A DNA stretch of 64,000 nucleotides from Amoebophrya sp. A120 (taxonomy: Eukaryota > Protista > Dinoflagellata). Positions 1 to 12,414 of the stretch are shown piece after piece. Under the pieces are notes generated by a model. That model saw nothing but the letters and a program-made list of their open reading frames with translations, had not been told where the DNA came from and did no database searches. Where the stretch lies: the NCBI GenBank assembly GCA_905178155.1, contig CAJINV010000004.1, forward strand, positions 8,454,882-8,518,881. Direction: 5' to 3'. Positions within the stretch are counted from its first letter, which is position 1. Each line of letters begins with the position of its first letter. A program made the translations under genes and the position numbers.

Positions 1-50
1 GGGCACAGCACGCGGGTCTTGCGTTGGTCGTGTTTTTTTGCGAAATAAAA

Positions 51-3000
51 TCATTGCGCCTCTGGCACGAGGTTCTGGTAGCAGACCGCATCGGCCGCAA
101 CGCCTTCGAACTTTATAACTGCCGTGATGAAGCCCATGTCGAGCTTGCCTCTTGCAAATTGCGGAAAGCAGTCGCCGTAGTAGAAGACCTGTAGTGGTTG
201 TGGAAGTAGTTATTCTTATTTTCATCGCGATTACCTCCATTTCTCATGCAAAAAATCTATGTATTGGCTTCGGCTGAACTACACACATCGATGTTCACAT
301 GAATCCACAACTCCTGCACCTTCACCTTCACAACAATACGGAAATACCTTCTCTTGCGGCGGCCCGTTCGTGTACCCTTCCGTCTCCGGTCCCTCGACCC
401 AAAAGGCCGCGGTTCCCATCGTTAAATCGATCTCGCACCAGATGAAATCACCGTGTTCAAAGGGTCGCACGACGAACTCTTTGCACCGGGTCACATCGGC
501 CTTGCGCCGGACGCACACAATCCCCTTCCGGGACACGAAAATGGACTGGATGCGCTGGATGTTCTTCGCGCAGGGAAGTTTATTGGAGAAGACGAACCCG
601 ATGCCGTCCGCCATACTAAACCCTTCCTCATTGTCGCCGTCGGTTTTTTCTGTTTGATAGTTCTTGGGATGCTATTTTCATAGTACAGTTTCCAATGTGC
701 TGTGCTGCTGGCCAGCACGCAGGAGAACAATAATTCTCCAGTGTACTAAAAGTAGAAATAAGTATTCCTGTCGTGGTCGACCAGCCGCGCATGTGGAAAA
801 AACCAGCAAATAAACCCTCTTTATATATTTTTACCTCGGAACCGTATGCAGTAGCGGTGTCTGCCCTGGTGGCGTATTCGGTCTTCGGACAAGGTTGATA
901 GCAGGTCGTTGTACGCTTTGCCCTTGATGAAAATCGTCGAGTCGCCGTCCAGCCGACCCATCCGGAGCGACTCGCCGTGCCAGATCAACTGCTCTCGGGT
1001 CCACCGGTACCCCGGCGGGGTTTTCATTTCGGCGCGCCGCACGTGGCGGTCGCAGGGACCCGTGATGGGCCAGATGGCGGTGCCTGGAATGGATTTGTTG
1101 TTGCAGGTAGAAGTTGTAATGTTGTCATGACGCCGGAGCAAACCGAGGACGCGAATGGGATCTTGCATAAATTTGATGATGAGCTGTATCGCAAACACGA
1201 AAAACTGTCAAAATTGTTTTCTACTTCTGTAAAAAAAGTACCATCTCAAAATAGGAAAGTATTATACTGTCTTTCCCGCCTTTCGCATTTTTCCCGGCGC
1301 CTTTCTGGACGCTTGGCGTGTACTGCTGCCTTGGCGGCTCGTGGTGCTGGTTGCGGTAGGCTGCGGCACCGTCTTGCTGCGTCGTCGGGGAGGATTTGCC
1401 ACTGGGCGCCCGGGTCGTCTTCGTGCCCGAAGCTGCGGAGCTGGAGGACGAGGAAGTTGGCCGCTTGTCAACCTGTTGTGGTACCTGCTGCGCCGGCTTG
1501 TTTGGATAGAGGGGAGACGGAAAATGTTGAACTTGATGTGTAGTCCTTGTTCCCCCGAAGTGCTGTTTTTCCAGCGCTCTACGCTGCGCCGCGGTCAGGC
1601 CGCTTGCGTCGATAGTGGTATCGTCGTCCTCCTCTCCGGTCGTGGCCGCAGGGTCTAATTGTTCGAAGGGGTCCTGGACTACATGTTGGTCCGCAGCAGC
1701 GAAGTGGTGCATTTGCTGCTGCGCCGCTTGAATCTGGGCCATCATGTAGGGATCCAGCGCAAACTGGTGCGCATGATGTGCAGCTGCACTCGGGTCCAGG
1801 TGGGCCGTAGCGTGTTGATCCTGTTTTCGATTCACAGAAAATAAATTGCGTCGTGACAACTCGGATCATTTCTTGGCAGCATCAAGCAACATCTCCGCAT
1901 GGGATAGAAAGGCAGCGAAAGTTTTTTAATAAAAATATCTGCACGCACAAAAAGAAAATCCTATCTGTCCGCCAAGTTCATATCTACACAGTACGATGTT
2001 GACGTTCTTGCACCAGCGCTACCAAAATGTTAATATTAATTTAACATGCAAATTTAGAAGCAAAATTCTATACCCCTGCTCCCTGGCCCCCCGGTCGGAA
2101 TCCCGGCGCGGTTCCCGGCGGGGGAAGCTGCTGCCCGGGTGGTGGTACTACTGCCGCAGCGTAGGGGTTGTATGCGGCTGTACCTGGTGAAGGAGCACCA
2201 GCTGCTGCATCTGGGGAAGTTGTAGCAGCTCCCCCATGATACATCATGTGCATATACTGGGCCGGATTGCCGTACATGGCCATCATGTGCGCCGGGTGAA
2301 AAAACGGGTTTATGGCAGCTGTATACGCGGCATGTTGATTTTGTGCCGCGGTTGTGGTACCACCAGGGCCCGTGGCACCAGCTCCACCTGCGCCGTTTGC
2401 GGTGGTCGCTGCACCAGGAGGTGGAACTGGCTGCATTCCAGGCAGCAGACCTGGTGAAAACTCCCCTGGGAGTAGATGCTGCCCGGCGTAGATTCCGGGG
2501 TGAAAATTTGGGGAGCGGGAGCCAGTCTGCGTCGACAGGTAAGAACCCCGGTTCGGGTTTGTGTAGGAGTACTCGCTGTGAAGAAGGTTTTGGTTTGTGA
2601 GGTTTTTTTGTCACTGACCGAACATCTTTTTTTACTAGAGTTCTAGACGAACTGCACCTGCTCTTAATCTACTCACACGGGGACCATACGAATCGATCGA
2701 ATCGAATATAAAAGTAGGCGACTCTACTTATTCGCATGTTCCCATGGCTTCTAAGTGTAAGAATCTTCAAGGTCGTGGTGCATAAAAATGAAGAATCGTT
2801 TCAAAATAAATACGATGTCCTCGGATAGCGCCGAGATCCGCTTTTGTTGTTGCCCGACCGACTGTTATCTCTACTGCCCGTGGCTCCGCCGCCCTGCGCA
2901 GTTCCTGTGGCAGTATATGCTCCCTGTTCTTTTTGCTGCGAATAGGGCACGGTGCCGGCTACGTGGTACTGCGGCGCCGTTTGTGGGTACACAAACTGGC

Positions 3001-3487
3001 TCGTGACGTGCGAGGGTCCTCCGGGGCTGATCATGTTCAAATAGTTGTGCTGGTCTGCTACGGCTGGCGCACTGGTTATTCCTGCAGTTTTCGTTCTAGT
3101 TTGGTTTATTTCCCCATTGGACCCGCGGGTCGTATTGGTGTCCGGGCCCCGGCTGGAAGAAGGTTTCTTACTCCTACTTCCTCTACCACCTCCTGATACG
3201 CTGTGTTCATTATTCGCTGTCCCACCTGCAATTCTGCTCGCGATTTGCTGCTGTAACTGCGCGTTGGCGATGTTAATCTGTTGCTGCTTATACTCCCGTT
3301 CTCGCCGGTCCCGCTCCTTTTTCGCCGCGTTATTGGAGGTTCCGAACTCGGGGCTGCCATGATGCGCTGTCACCACCCGGGCGGGAACGGACTTTGTCTT
3401 GTTCAGAACCACTACGTCGTCGTCTTCGTCGTCGTCCGACACGATTTCGACGAACGTGCGGACCATCTTCACCGTTTGGTGCGCCAT
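51..3487 (-). CDS. Multi-exon hypothetical protein: low-complexity Q/G/P-rich N-part and a conserved-looking C-terminal beta domain; canonical introns only
   Basis: ORFs 2801-3487, 2068-2436, 1221-1859, 821-1198 and 279-614 plus a last exon 51-188. In-phase GT-AG introns checked at 189-347 (PQEK|VFYYG), 650-834 (IRFR-E-KT) and 1821-2073 (GQGAG|DQHAT). The introns near 1184-1241 and 2610-2820 are less certain. The N-terminus has a 'VRTFVEI...TKSVP' motif typical of dinoflagellate proteins. Confidence 0.6.
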
Positions 3488-4910
3488 CTTGCAGAGGACG
3501 AAACGGTCTACCGAGAAGCTGTGAAGAAGATGCGGCCAATAGTAAGAAGTACTGGCTCACCTGGTACGCCGAGTAGTACTATTTACCCCGTCTGCGATGT
3601 CCTCCGGCTCGACTTCTTGTTAAAAACCGTACGCGGCTACGATGACGAGCAATCAGTGCTGTCTAGACGGAGAGGTTCTTGTGTCTCTCTCCTCCTGACG
3701 GCAAAAATCGGCGACGCAATAGGTTTAGTGGCAGGGGACGCGACGCGGTCAAAAATTCGGATTCCCCGTGCTCTTGCGGTCATTATGTAGTGTATGTTTG
3801 CAATCTCATTTTCATTTAACCCTGAAGTGATTCTGCAAAAAATATACCTTCACATAGACGATGAAAAGTACTGAAATGCTGCAACCAGGATAATTTTTGA
3901 ATCGTGATTCAGCTGTTTAATATTTCGTGCGGCAAGACTGCTCACTTGGACTCCTTTCAAAAAAAAAAATACACAGCACCACCCACGCACTTTCTGTGCT
4001 ACTAGCTACGGAGAGTTTTATCAACATTTGCCTTACTGAAGATGCGTGGAGCTCCGGATGCGGATCCTCTCGCACAACTAGTACGCCCAGTGGGAAAACA
4101 AAAAAGGCCCAACTCGACCGTCAAGCAGAACAATATGGTACGTGCTTTAATGCCATCCCACCAGCCTAGATATTCAAATTGTTGATGCAACTTCCTGCGG
4201 CCGGATATGCGGTGGCTAGTGTGCAGTGTGTTGTGCTGTAGTAGTTCGAGTAAAAAGTCAACTTGTAAAGTTTTTCGATCCAATAGAAGTATAAAAAATG
4301 GAAATTCGACAAGCGTGCGATGAACAAACTAGAAGTAGAAGCCGAATAAAATTAAAGAAGTGATAGAATTTGTGCCGTGTCTTTATCTTGGATGGTTGTC
4401 AGTGGATGAGAGCTGTCGGTGGTATTTTTGGTGAATAAATTGCACGTCATGTGGCATAAATGGCGTTTCTGTTTTCGTTGGCGAGTCTGGAGGTACCAAA
4501 GATCTTTCAAGGTTGTTGTGTGCAGCCATAGCCGGTACTGATACCAGGTAATTACAGCTCTCTACTTCTAGCGTGGAACCGAAATAAAGTACAACGCCGG
4601 CGCGTTTGCGGTGCTTCGGGCCTTTTTACAGAATTTCAAGAACGTCTCTTTTTCGTTTATGAAGCAGTTTGCGATGATGTTTCTGATTGTTAACAACAGG
4701 TGTGCGCAATAGCGTCCGGCAGTCATGCTGGTGGAGCCTTTTTTTATTGTAAATCGCAAACATATTTCTTCTCCAGCTTTTTTACACCGATCCACGTATC
4801 CTTGTGTGACTCATACTACCGCACTCACGCCCGAATTTGCTAGCGTTGTACTGCTATTAGCTAAAAGTAGGTTTTTCGTGTTTGTCTCAGGTACATTGCT
4901 CGTAGAGTAG

Positions 4911-5927
4911 ATTGAGCAGTACATTGCTCGGAACGAAGCGGACCAGCAGGACCGTCGTGATCGTGAAGCGGACATTGCGAGGAACGAACGGTTTGCGCAA
5001 GCTCTGCAAACCGCCCTGCACGGCAACAGCAACACCACTACAAACGGAAACAACAACAACAACAACGTCGCCCCCGCCAACAACAACCCCGAGTACGTGA
5101 CGATTGGAATGCTCAACCAGTTCCAGCAGCAGGTGCGGGAGGAAAACGCCCGCCGGGAGGACGCCTTCCGCACTGAAGTCCGCACCGAGATGCAGGGCTT
5201 TGGAACCACGCTGCAAACCGGTATGGCGCAGATCAACAACACGCTGCAGAACATCCAGATGCAGCAGCAACAGTACGCGGGCGTGGCTGGCGGAGGAATG
5301 ATGGGTGGCGGTGCCGCCGCAGGAGGCGGTGGTGCTGGCATCGGTGTCGCAGGAGCGGGTATTGGCGCCGGAGCTGGCGGCATCGGCGGTGCGGGAATCC
5401 CAGCTGCCGGTGCGGTCGGTGGAGGATTCGGAGGTGCGGGCCCCCCCGGCCTTGGTGGACCGGGATTAGGCGCTGGAGGTGCTGCTGGTGGTGTGCCCCC
5501 GGCTGGAGCAGGTGCCGGTGGAATCGCAGGCGGAGTCGGTGGTGCTGGTGCTGGTGGTGCCCCTGCCCCAGCTGCCGTCCCGGTGGTTGAGAATGCGGCT
5601 GACGGAACCGCCGTCACCTTCCACCACAACGACGTCGCCCAGAACATCAACAAGACCCTCCTGTACAACCTCCTCACGCAGCAGGGGAAGGACCTCCTCG
5701 CCCAAGCTCTGGAACCCTTCGAAAACGCAACCCACGACACGCGCACCAAGCTGCACACCCTGAACCAGCACGACTGCCGCCTGATCTACCAGCGTATTGC
5801 AGCGGCGCGGCGTCAAGCCGCCTTCCCCCACGCCGCCGTCCAGCCGAATACGAACAACAAGAACTCCACGATCATGGGAATCCGGCGGTGCTTCCACCGC
5901 AACCATGACGCGCTGGCGGTGCAGTAA
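4911..5927 (+). CDS. Gly/Ala-rich hypothetical protein (only clear plus-strand gene)
   Basis: ORF 5097-5927 stays open upstream to 4911, just after an AG; strongly C-ending codons, poly-Asn and Gly-Ala tracts, globular-looking C-terminus. The start exon is not identified. Confidence 0.55.
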   Translation: MEQYIARNEADQQDRRDREADIARNERFAQALQTALHGNSNTTTNGNNNNNNVAPANNNPEYVTIGMLNQFQQQVREENARREDAFRTEVRTEMQGFGTTLQTGMAQINNTLQNIQMQQQQYAGVAGGGMMGGGAAAGGGGAGIGVAGAGIGAGAGGIGGAGIPAAGAVGGGFGGAGPPGLGGPGLGAGGAAGGVPPAGAGAGGIAGGVGGAGAGGAPAPAAVPVVENAADGTAVTFHHNDVAQNINKTLLYNLLTQQGKDLLAQALEPFENATHDTRTKLHTLNQHDCRLIYQRIAAARRQAAFPHAAVQPNTNNKNSTIMGIRRCFHRNHDALAVQ

Positions 5928-7704
5928 AGAAACACGTGAATAGCAGCAGCAATGGCGACGCTCTGACGAAGACAACGGGAGAGCAAGCCGGTGACGTTGC
6001 AGCACTTATGTCCATGATGCGCGCGCACAGTCTGCGTGCGGACTGCGCGCACGCTTCAAGGGTCGGAAATACGCCAATTGACAACGCCCACCTCGACTAC
6101 TTCCTTTTCTTCTACCCCTCCGTCTTGCCGTTTCCCGGTGGGTTTTCGCGGAACTGAATCTCTGCTGTTGCTTGAAAGAGGAACTGTAGATGTTGATTTT
6201 GAACGACGATGCTCGCGTTCTTCCTTTACTAGTTTTCTGTTCTTCTGTGACTTGAGGTTGGTGAGGAAAGTTCGGTAGCATATCTGCCCACACGCGCCGC
6301 TCAGCATTACAGATTCCGTCTTCACTTCCGTTTTCTTTACTTTTCTTTACTTTTCTTTTCTTTACTTGGCTTTGATTTGGTTGGTTGAATTGCTGCCCAC
6401 ATGCGCCAATCAGCATTACAGATTCGATATGGCAAAAGTGGGGCACTCGGAAAGCTCGTACAGGTCTTGCGGGTTTTTTGGTCCTTGTCCTTTTGTCTCG
6501 TGAGAAGAAGTTGCAGCGTGCAACCTAGCGTTTACGTCCGTAGTCGTTCAAAACAACGTACATTTCAAGCGACCAGATTCTTCACAACTATAGGAAGATG
6601 ATGTTTATTTGTATGAGAATCGCCGCTCAAAGAAGCTCACGGTAGAGCGAAATGATGTGACCAGCGTCATTACTGAACCGTTTTCGACAGCTCTCAGTTT
6701 CTCAACGTGACAAAAACAATTTCGGGAAAATGAAAAAGTAAAATTTGTGATGCTAGCCGGCGGCCTGGTGAACAAGCGGAGGTGTTCGGCCGACCGGAAA
6801 AACGTCCTTCGTCATCACTTCTTCGTGCTTCTTCGTTCCTTTCCGGAATTCGCAATGTGAATGAATTTGCGATGCTATTTGGATTGAAAATGTACTGTCG
6901 ACTGTAGAGAGAGTTTTTCAGCCATTTGTCATTTAGATCTCTTCATCTTGTTTTGTTTTTCGTAAGCTGGTATGTTCATCTAACGGCGACCGATTTTTTT
7001 GCTGTGAACATTTTGTCACGGTGGTAGACCGACAAAAATTATTTCGTTCTTGACTTGCTATTCGTTCCCTTTCGCTTTCGTGCTGTCGCTGTGCAAGAAT
7101 TATACAGTGGATCTATCATTCTAGCTTTTACATTCCGAGAACGGCGTGCCCCAGCGCGAAGGGGAACACAGTGTAGATCACGAGTCAAACATCAAGGAGA
7201 CTCCAGTGACCTGCTCTTCTGTCGATCGAGGAACAGGAACTGCAAACGAACCTTAGCGAGCTGTGGCAGCTCTGCAAGAGCAAGCAAACTTGCCGATACA
7301 GTACTTATTTGTGGTCGGACTTCTTTGAACTACAAGTTGTTGTACTAGCGGGGCGCGAAGATATCAAATTATCCATTGATTGTCATGCACGAGGAAAATA
7401 AATGAGGCTTCTCGACGTCTGGAGGCAAACGCAAACAGAAACGATGCCTTTGCTTGATCGGTCTCCGCTTGCGGGTTACCTGGTTGTTCTTGATGCTAGA
7501 AAACAAGCGCATAGGAAAATACAATGCATAAGGCCCTAGAAGAAGAATAAACTATCATCTAGCGGACAGTTTATTCACATGGGATCTTTCTCGTAATTAC
7601 ATTGGGAAATTGCAACTCCAATTGGCAGTGGTTTCAAAAAGGCAGCAGGGGCACCTCGGTGATTTAACAATATATGTTCTTCCTCTCTTACTACTATAGT
7701 GGTT

Positions 7705-10700
7705 CTACTCCAATTTCTTGCTTAATCCTGCTTCTCCCGACATTGGTGCTTGAAAATAACCCCCGCCCATTTGTTCTTCCGGGGCCGGCGGCCCGAGAAC
7801 CGGTGGCGCCATCAAAGCTCCGGAGTTTTTTAAGGCGGTCTGAAACGAGCCGCGTATTTCGCGTAATAATGTGTTTTCCAACTGGAGGAATCTACTGCTC
7901 ATCTCGCTGTCGCGGGTTAACAATATCCCGGAGACAAACTCGTCCACGGATAGCTCGCCACTTCCATCCGTGTCCAACACCCGAAAGAGCCACTCCAGTT
8001 CCTCTTCTTGCACGTGCAGGTTGGTCACCTTTTGCATCAAAGCCTTACTCGATTTTACCGCATTCTTGAACTCCTCCACCGTGACCGACCCGGATCCGTC
8101 CGCATCTACTTTGTGGAACACCTCTGTCAATTCCTGACTCATTTTCAGCTGGTTTTCCCGAATTGACTGAATCAGCGTCAAATCCGCCGTGTTGGCCGCG
8201 GCGGTCAGCGTGTCAACGAGGACACCGATGAACAAAGACATCATCATAAAGTTCGCCGCGATGATGTAGCAGGTAAAGAAAACGCCGTAGAAAGCGTTCT
8301 CCTCGGTCATCGTCCGGGCGATCAGCGTCCAAGATTCTAACGTGACAATTTAAAATATCCTGAGCAAAAACGTCCCCACACCAGAGTCAAGGTGGGAAAA
8401 CTGCTAGACAAATCAACCAGCTTCGGCGGTTTCGCATGACAAGTTTGTTCTCGTAGTGTAGTCCTGTTTTGCTATTTCAGCAGCATCACAGATCTAGCTT
8501 ATCATGCTTATTCTCACATCACAAATTCCAAAACGCGACTAGAAAATGCTTCTCATGGGGCTCCGCATGAGAAACTTTCTTGGCATGCGGATTTGCATGA
8601 CAACTCTGGGGTGGGGACGTTTTTGCTCAGCATATCTATGAAACAAAGTGAACATCGACCCCGAAACCGTTCCGAAGTAGTCGTGCACTTTTTTCCGGTT
8701 CAAAAGTTCTATATCAAGTGCAAATATGTCTGGGTCTGGAAACTTGTAATGCAAGTCCGTGAACAATAAAGTGCTCTGTAATGCGCCGCCAAGCATGACA
8801 AGTTTTTTCGTGTTTCTGTGCTGCGTATTTCGCATGAGAAACTGCGCTTTTGCATGACAGGCAAGAGGACCTCTTGGTGGCCACGCAATACAGAGTGCAG
8901 AGTCATGCTAGAGTAGCATGACAAATCTCGCAATCTTGTTCCAGACCCAGACATTTTTGCAGTTGATATTCTATCTGCTCCTGTTGCGTCGCGACGTCGA
9001 GGAGGCAGTTGCCTGCTCCTGCTCCATATGCATTGCAAAAGCACCTCCGCACTAGCGTAGATTGCATTACAAATTGACTTAGCATTACAGATTGAATTTG
9101 TAATGCGGATTTGCCTTGAGAAAAAGATTTGTAATGCACAAACGCAATCAGTACGAGTACGGTGCTTTTGCACTGCATACTCCAACTCCAGAAGATGTGG
9201 AAAGCGCAGTGTTAACCTGCGCGGCCGGGTCTTGCAGAGAACTTGTACTTACATCCGCGCCACAATTCTGCTGCGCGATTTCGATTTGCTTCACGTCGTC
9301 CATCGAAATTTTGTAATACCGATTTTTGTCCCGGACTTGGGAGGTGAGAAAGATCGCGCACGTGTAAATCATCAGAAAGAGGAGTAATAAGATATGACCC
9401 AGAAGATCGACCGCAACGCCCGCGCAAGGCCGTTGACCAACAGCCATAAGTCTTTGTAGTACCGGATTAACTTTATGCTCCGCAGTACCCGGAGCAACCG
9501 CAGTATCCGCACAGCCGAGGCTTCCTTCGTGTTGGAATCGTCCGGGCTGCCGTCGGACGCCAGCTCAAAACCCCAAACATCAATCGCCGACACGAGAATG
9601 ACCGTCGCGTCTAACGCCAGCCAGGCCTGCTGTCGGTAGCGGTCGGTACTGGTGTAGGCGTTGACCCATTCGAGCGAGAAGTAAGATTGGGCGTATTCGC
9701 AAGTGATGACTTCGTACTCGAGATCTTTATCCGCTTGGTCTTTATTTTCTGCGTCTGTTGCCCCCCCGTTCCAGCGGGAATGAAGGTGATTCCCGTCGAA
9801 GTCGTCCAAGTCGCTGTAATTTACCGTCCGCGCGTTGGCGTTCATGAGGGACTTCATCTGGTGTTGAGGCTGGTTGTTTACGTTTTGCTGAGAAGCTGCT
9901 GCTGATGCGCTAGTAAAAACCGGCGCAGCTCCACCTCCCGGAGCGAGCGAAGGACCTCCATTTTGTGCAGGAGCTCCTGTTGGACTCATCGCGCTCGCAG
10001 TCGACGAGGTTGTTTCCCTATGGGAGTGTCACGATTGAAATCGTCAAAGTTGAAATAGTTTGTCATGCATAAAATCGATACCAGTTGGGAGCCCAATTCC
10101 CAAGCGGCGCATGACAATTTTTGGCACCACCTAAGTCCAGTTTGTCATGCTGTTTAGGGACAGAAGGCGTCTGTTGTCATGCTACTTTAGCAGCTCTATC
10201 GCAGACCCTAAACGGGCTGCCAGTCGGCCTCACTTGCCATCCCTGCAAGAGAGACACTTCATGCCTTGCAATTTGTGCATGAGAAATTATTTCAACTTTG
10301 ACGATTTCAATCCTGACGCTTCCATATTCCCTTGCTGGCGAGTAGTCGCCTAATGCGGTGGAATATCAAACGCAAAACTATCTGGGTCTGGAAGAATGCG
10401 TGTTTGTCATGCTTGTCTGGAATGACTCTTAAAGCTGTCATGCACGTCACCCAAGAGCACGCCCTTTTTCTGTCACGCAGAAACGCAGTTTGTCACTGCA
10501 GATGAATAGGCAACACCTAGAAAAGAAGCTCAAAAACTTGTCATGCTGGGCCAGCACTTGTGGCCTTCGCCTTCTCATGATACGCTACCCAGCATCACAA
10601 ATTTCGATTTCCAGACCCAGACATACTTATTTGCATTTGATATGGAACTGGTTTCCGGAGAGACGGATTTATTTCCGTCGTTGTAGGGGCGGGGATTACC

Positions 10701-12414
10701 TGTAGTAGGGTTCTTTGCGATTCTGTCGGAAGGATGAAATTAGTATAGTCAGGCAACTACCCGAAGAACAAGCACATAGAAGCTCTTTGTTCTGTCTTCC
10801 GATACAAAAGTAGGACTAGCTGCATCGTCCAGATTATAGCAGCATGAAAAGATGACTCTAGAAGTCTTACCTCCGCCCGATCCCGATCCCGCCTTTGTGA
10901 CACTATTTCCAATTTCGACGATGTCTATCGTATCGTCCATGCCTCTACCGGTTGTACCATTCCGTTTCATCGCCAACCACTTCGTTCTCACTTTCGGCAT
11001 GCGCTCAAAGCGCAAGCGGTAGGCCAGTTCGAAAATGAAACAGATCAAAATCACGCTTTCCGCCCACCAAAACGGGTTTTGCAATCCGGGGTCGAACACG
11101 TCGGCGGTATCGATTTCCACGCCCAGCACAATCATGTTGAGACAAATCAACCTATGGATGTGTCAGGTTTGAAATCGTCAAAGTTGAAATAGTTTGTCAT
11201 GCACAAAACAGATACCAGTCGGAAGCCCACTTATCAAGCGGCGCATGACAAAGTTTCTGCGCACCGGAACCGAATTTGTCATGCTGTTTGGGCACAGAAG
11301 ACTGCTTTTGTCGTGCGAGTTTAGTAGCTCTATTTCAAACCCTAAACAGGCTCACACTCGGCCTCACTTGCTATCCCGGCAAGACAGGCACTTCATGCGT
11401 TGCATTTTATGCATGACAAATCATTATTTCATCTTTGCCGATTTCAAACCTGACGCTTCCATACAACCACCCGCAGTAGTAGTCTAATTTCGCGAGCATC
11501 TTGTCCTTATGAATTGCAAAAGTATCCTATCGTACTCGTATAAATGCATGACAAATTTCCTCAGCATGAGAAAGAAAATTTGTAATGCTGATTTGCCTCA
11601 AGAAAAAGATTTGTAATGCATGATTGCAATACGAGTACGATGCTTTTGCACAGGATAGTCCTGGTCCAGGCGCTTCGTCTTCCGCAACAGATTCATCTTT
11701 TGTTCCTGGGTATGAACTGTAAAAATCTCTGGGTCTGGAAGGTTGCAACTTGTCATGCTGTTTTTGGACTCTAAAAAAGTTTGTATTACATGAAGAGCAA
11801 GAGGGGCACAGTTTGTGCTACACGGACAGGGCATTTTTCATGCGGAAGGTGCAGCAGGACGCCCTCTGAAAGTCAACGTCTGTGATGCTAGGTCATGCAT
11901 TACAGGAATCATGGGTCATGAGAAATCTGCATGACAAATGTTGCATTCTTCCCGACCCAGATATTTGTGCACTTGATACTGGGTCATCTGGTATTTCGCG
12001 TCCTCAAAGGCCTGTCGTCCCACCTGTATGCATTGCAAAAATGTCTAGGTCTGGAAGATTGCTGAGGTTTGTGCTGCTGTGTCTGCTTGACACGAAGGTG
12101 TGCCATGCAAGGCCCAGCATCACAGGTTCTTTTGAGACGGTTTCCCAATGCTTAATCCGCATGACAAACACCTTCCTTCGGCGACAGGAAAAGGAGCTCC
12201 CTTTGCTGTCTAAGCATGACAGATTTTTGTGTGATCCAAGTATGCATCACAAGTTCGCATCCTTCCAGACCCAGACATTTTTGCATTTGATAACCTCCCG
12301 GTAGGCTTCGTTCGAGTTGAGCCCGGCAGATGAGGAGGTTGTGCGAAGACTGGTCGCGCTCATGCCCCGCATGATAGATGTATTGCTGCCCCGCATGGGG
12401 CTTGGACTGCTCAT
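7705..12414 (-). CDS. Single-domain voltage-gated-type cation channel (Ion_trans) with C-terminal EF-hands
   Basis: Reconstructed after removing 9 introners and a GT-AG intron (10700-10870). S1 LICLNMIVLGVE, S4 VRILRLLRVLRSIKLIR, pore YFGTVSGSMFTLFQIVTLESW, S6 FMMMSLFIGVLVD, EF-hands DADGSGSVTVEE and DTDGSGELSVDE. One apparent frameshift near 9393. Confidence 0.85.
8356..8634. mobile_element. Introner, TIR family B
   Basis: tatcctgagcaaaaacgtcccc...ggggacgtttttgctcagcata; degenerate DR taaaa/tgaaa with 4 extra nt on the right; removal restores MFTLF-QIVTLESW. Confidence 0.85.
8712..8968. mobile_element. Introner, TIR family A
   Basis: tatcaagtgcaaatatgtctgggtctggaa...ttccagacccagacatttttgcagttgata; DR ttcta; join EQIE-LLNR in frame. 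Confidence 0.92.
9027..9179. mobile_element. Introner, TIR family C
   Basis: tatgcattgcaaaagcacc...ggtgcttttgcactgcata; DR ctcca; join in frame. Confidence 0.9.
10019..10326. mobile_element. Introner, TIR family F
   Basis: tatgggagtgtcacgattgaaatcgtcaaagttgaaata...tatttcaactttgacgatttcaatcctgacgcttccata; DR ttccc. Confidence 0.9.
10364..10642. mobile_element. Introner, TIR family A
   Basis: Family A TIRs; DR tggaa. Confidence 0.9.
11153..11463. mobile_element. Introner, TIR family F
   Basis: Homologous along its length to 10019-10326; DR caacc; join YCGW-LICLNM. Confidence 0.92.
11508..11657. mobile_element. Introner, TIR family C
   Basis: tatgaattgcaaaagtat...gatgcttttgcacaggata; DR gtcct. 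Confidence 0.9.
11711..11978. mobile_element. Introner, TIR family A
   Basis: Family A TIRs; DR ctggg. Confidence 0.9.
12027..12292. mobile_element. Introner, TIR family A, with GT-AG compatible ends
   Basis: DR acctg/acctc, i.e. sense gaggt...caggt, giving GT...CAG. Confidence 0.9.

Noticed and set aside
4811-5758. Pro-rich 315-aa minus-strand ORF
   Set aside because: It is the antisense shadow of the Gly-rich plus-strand ORF, whose codon pattern is more gene-like.
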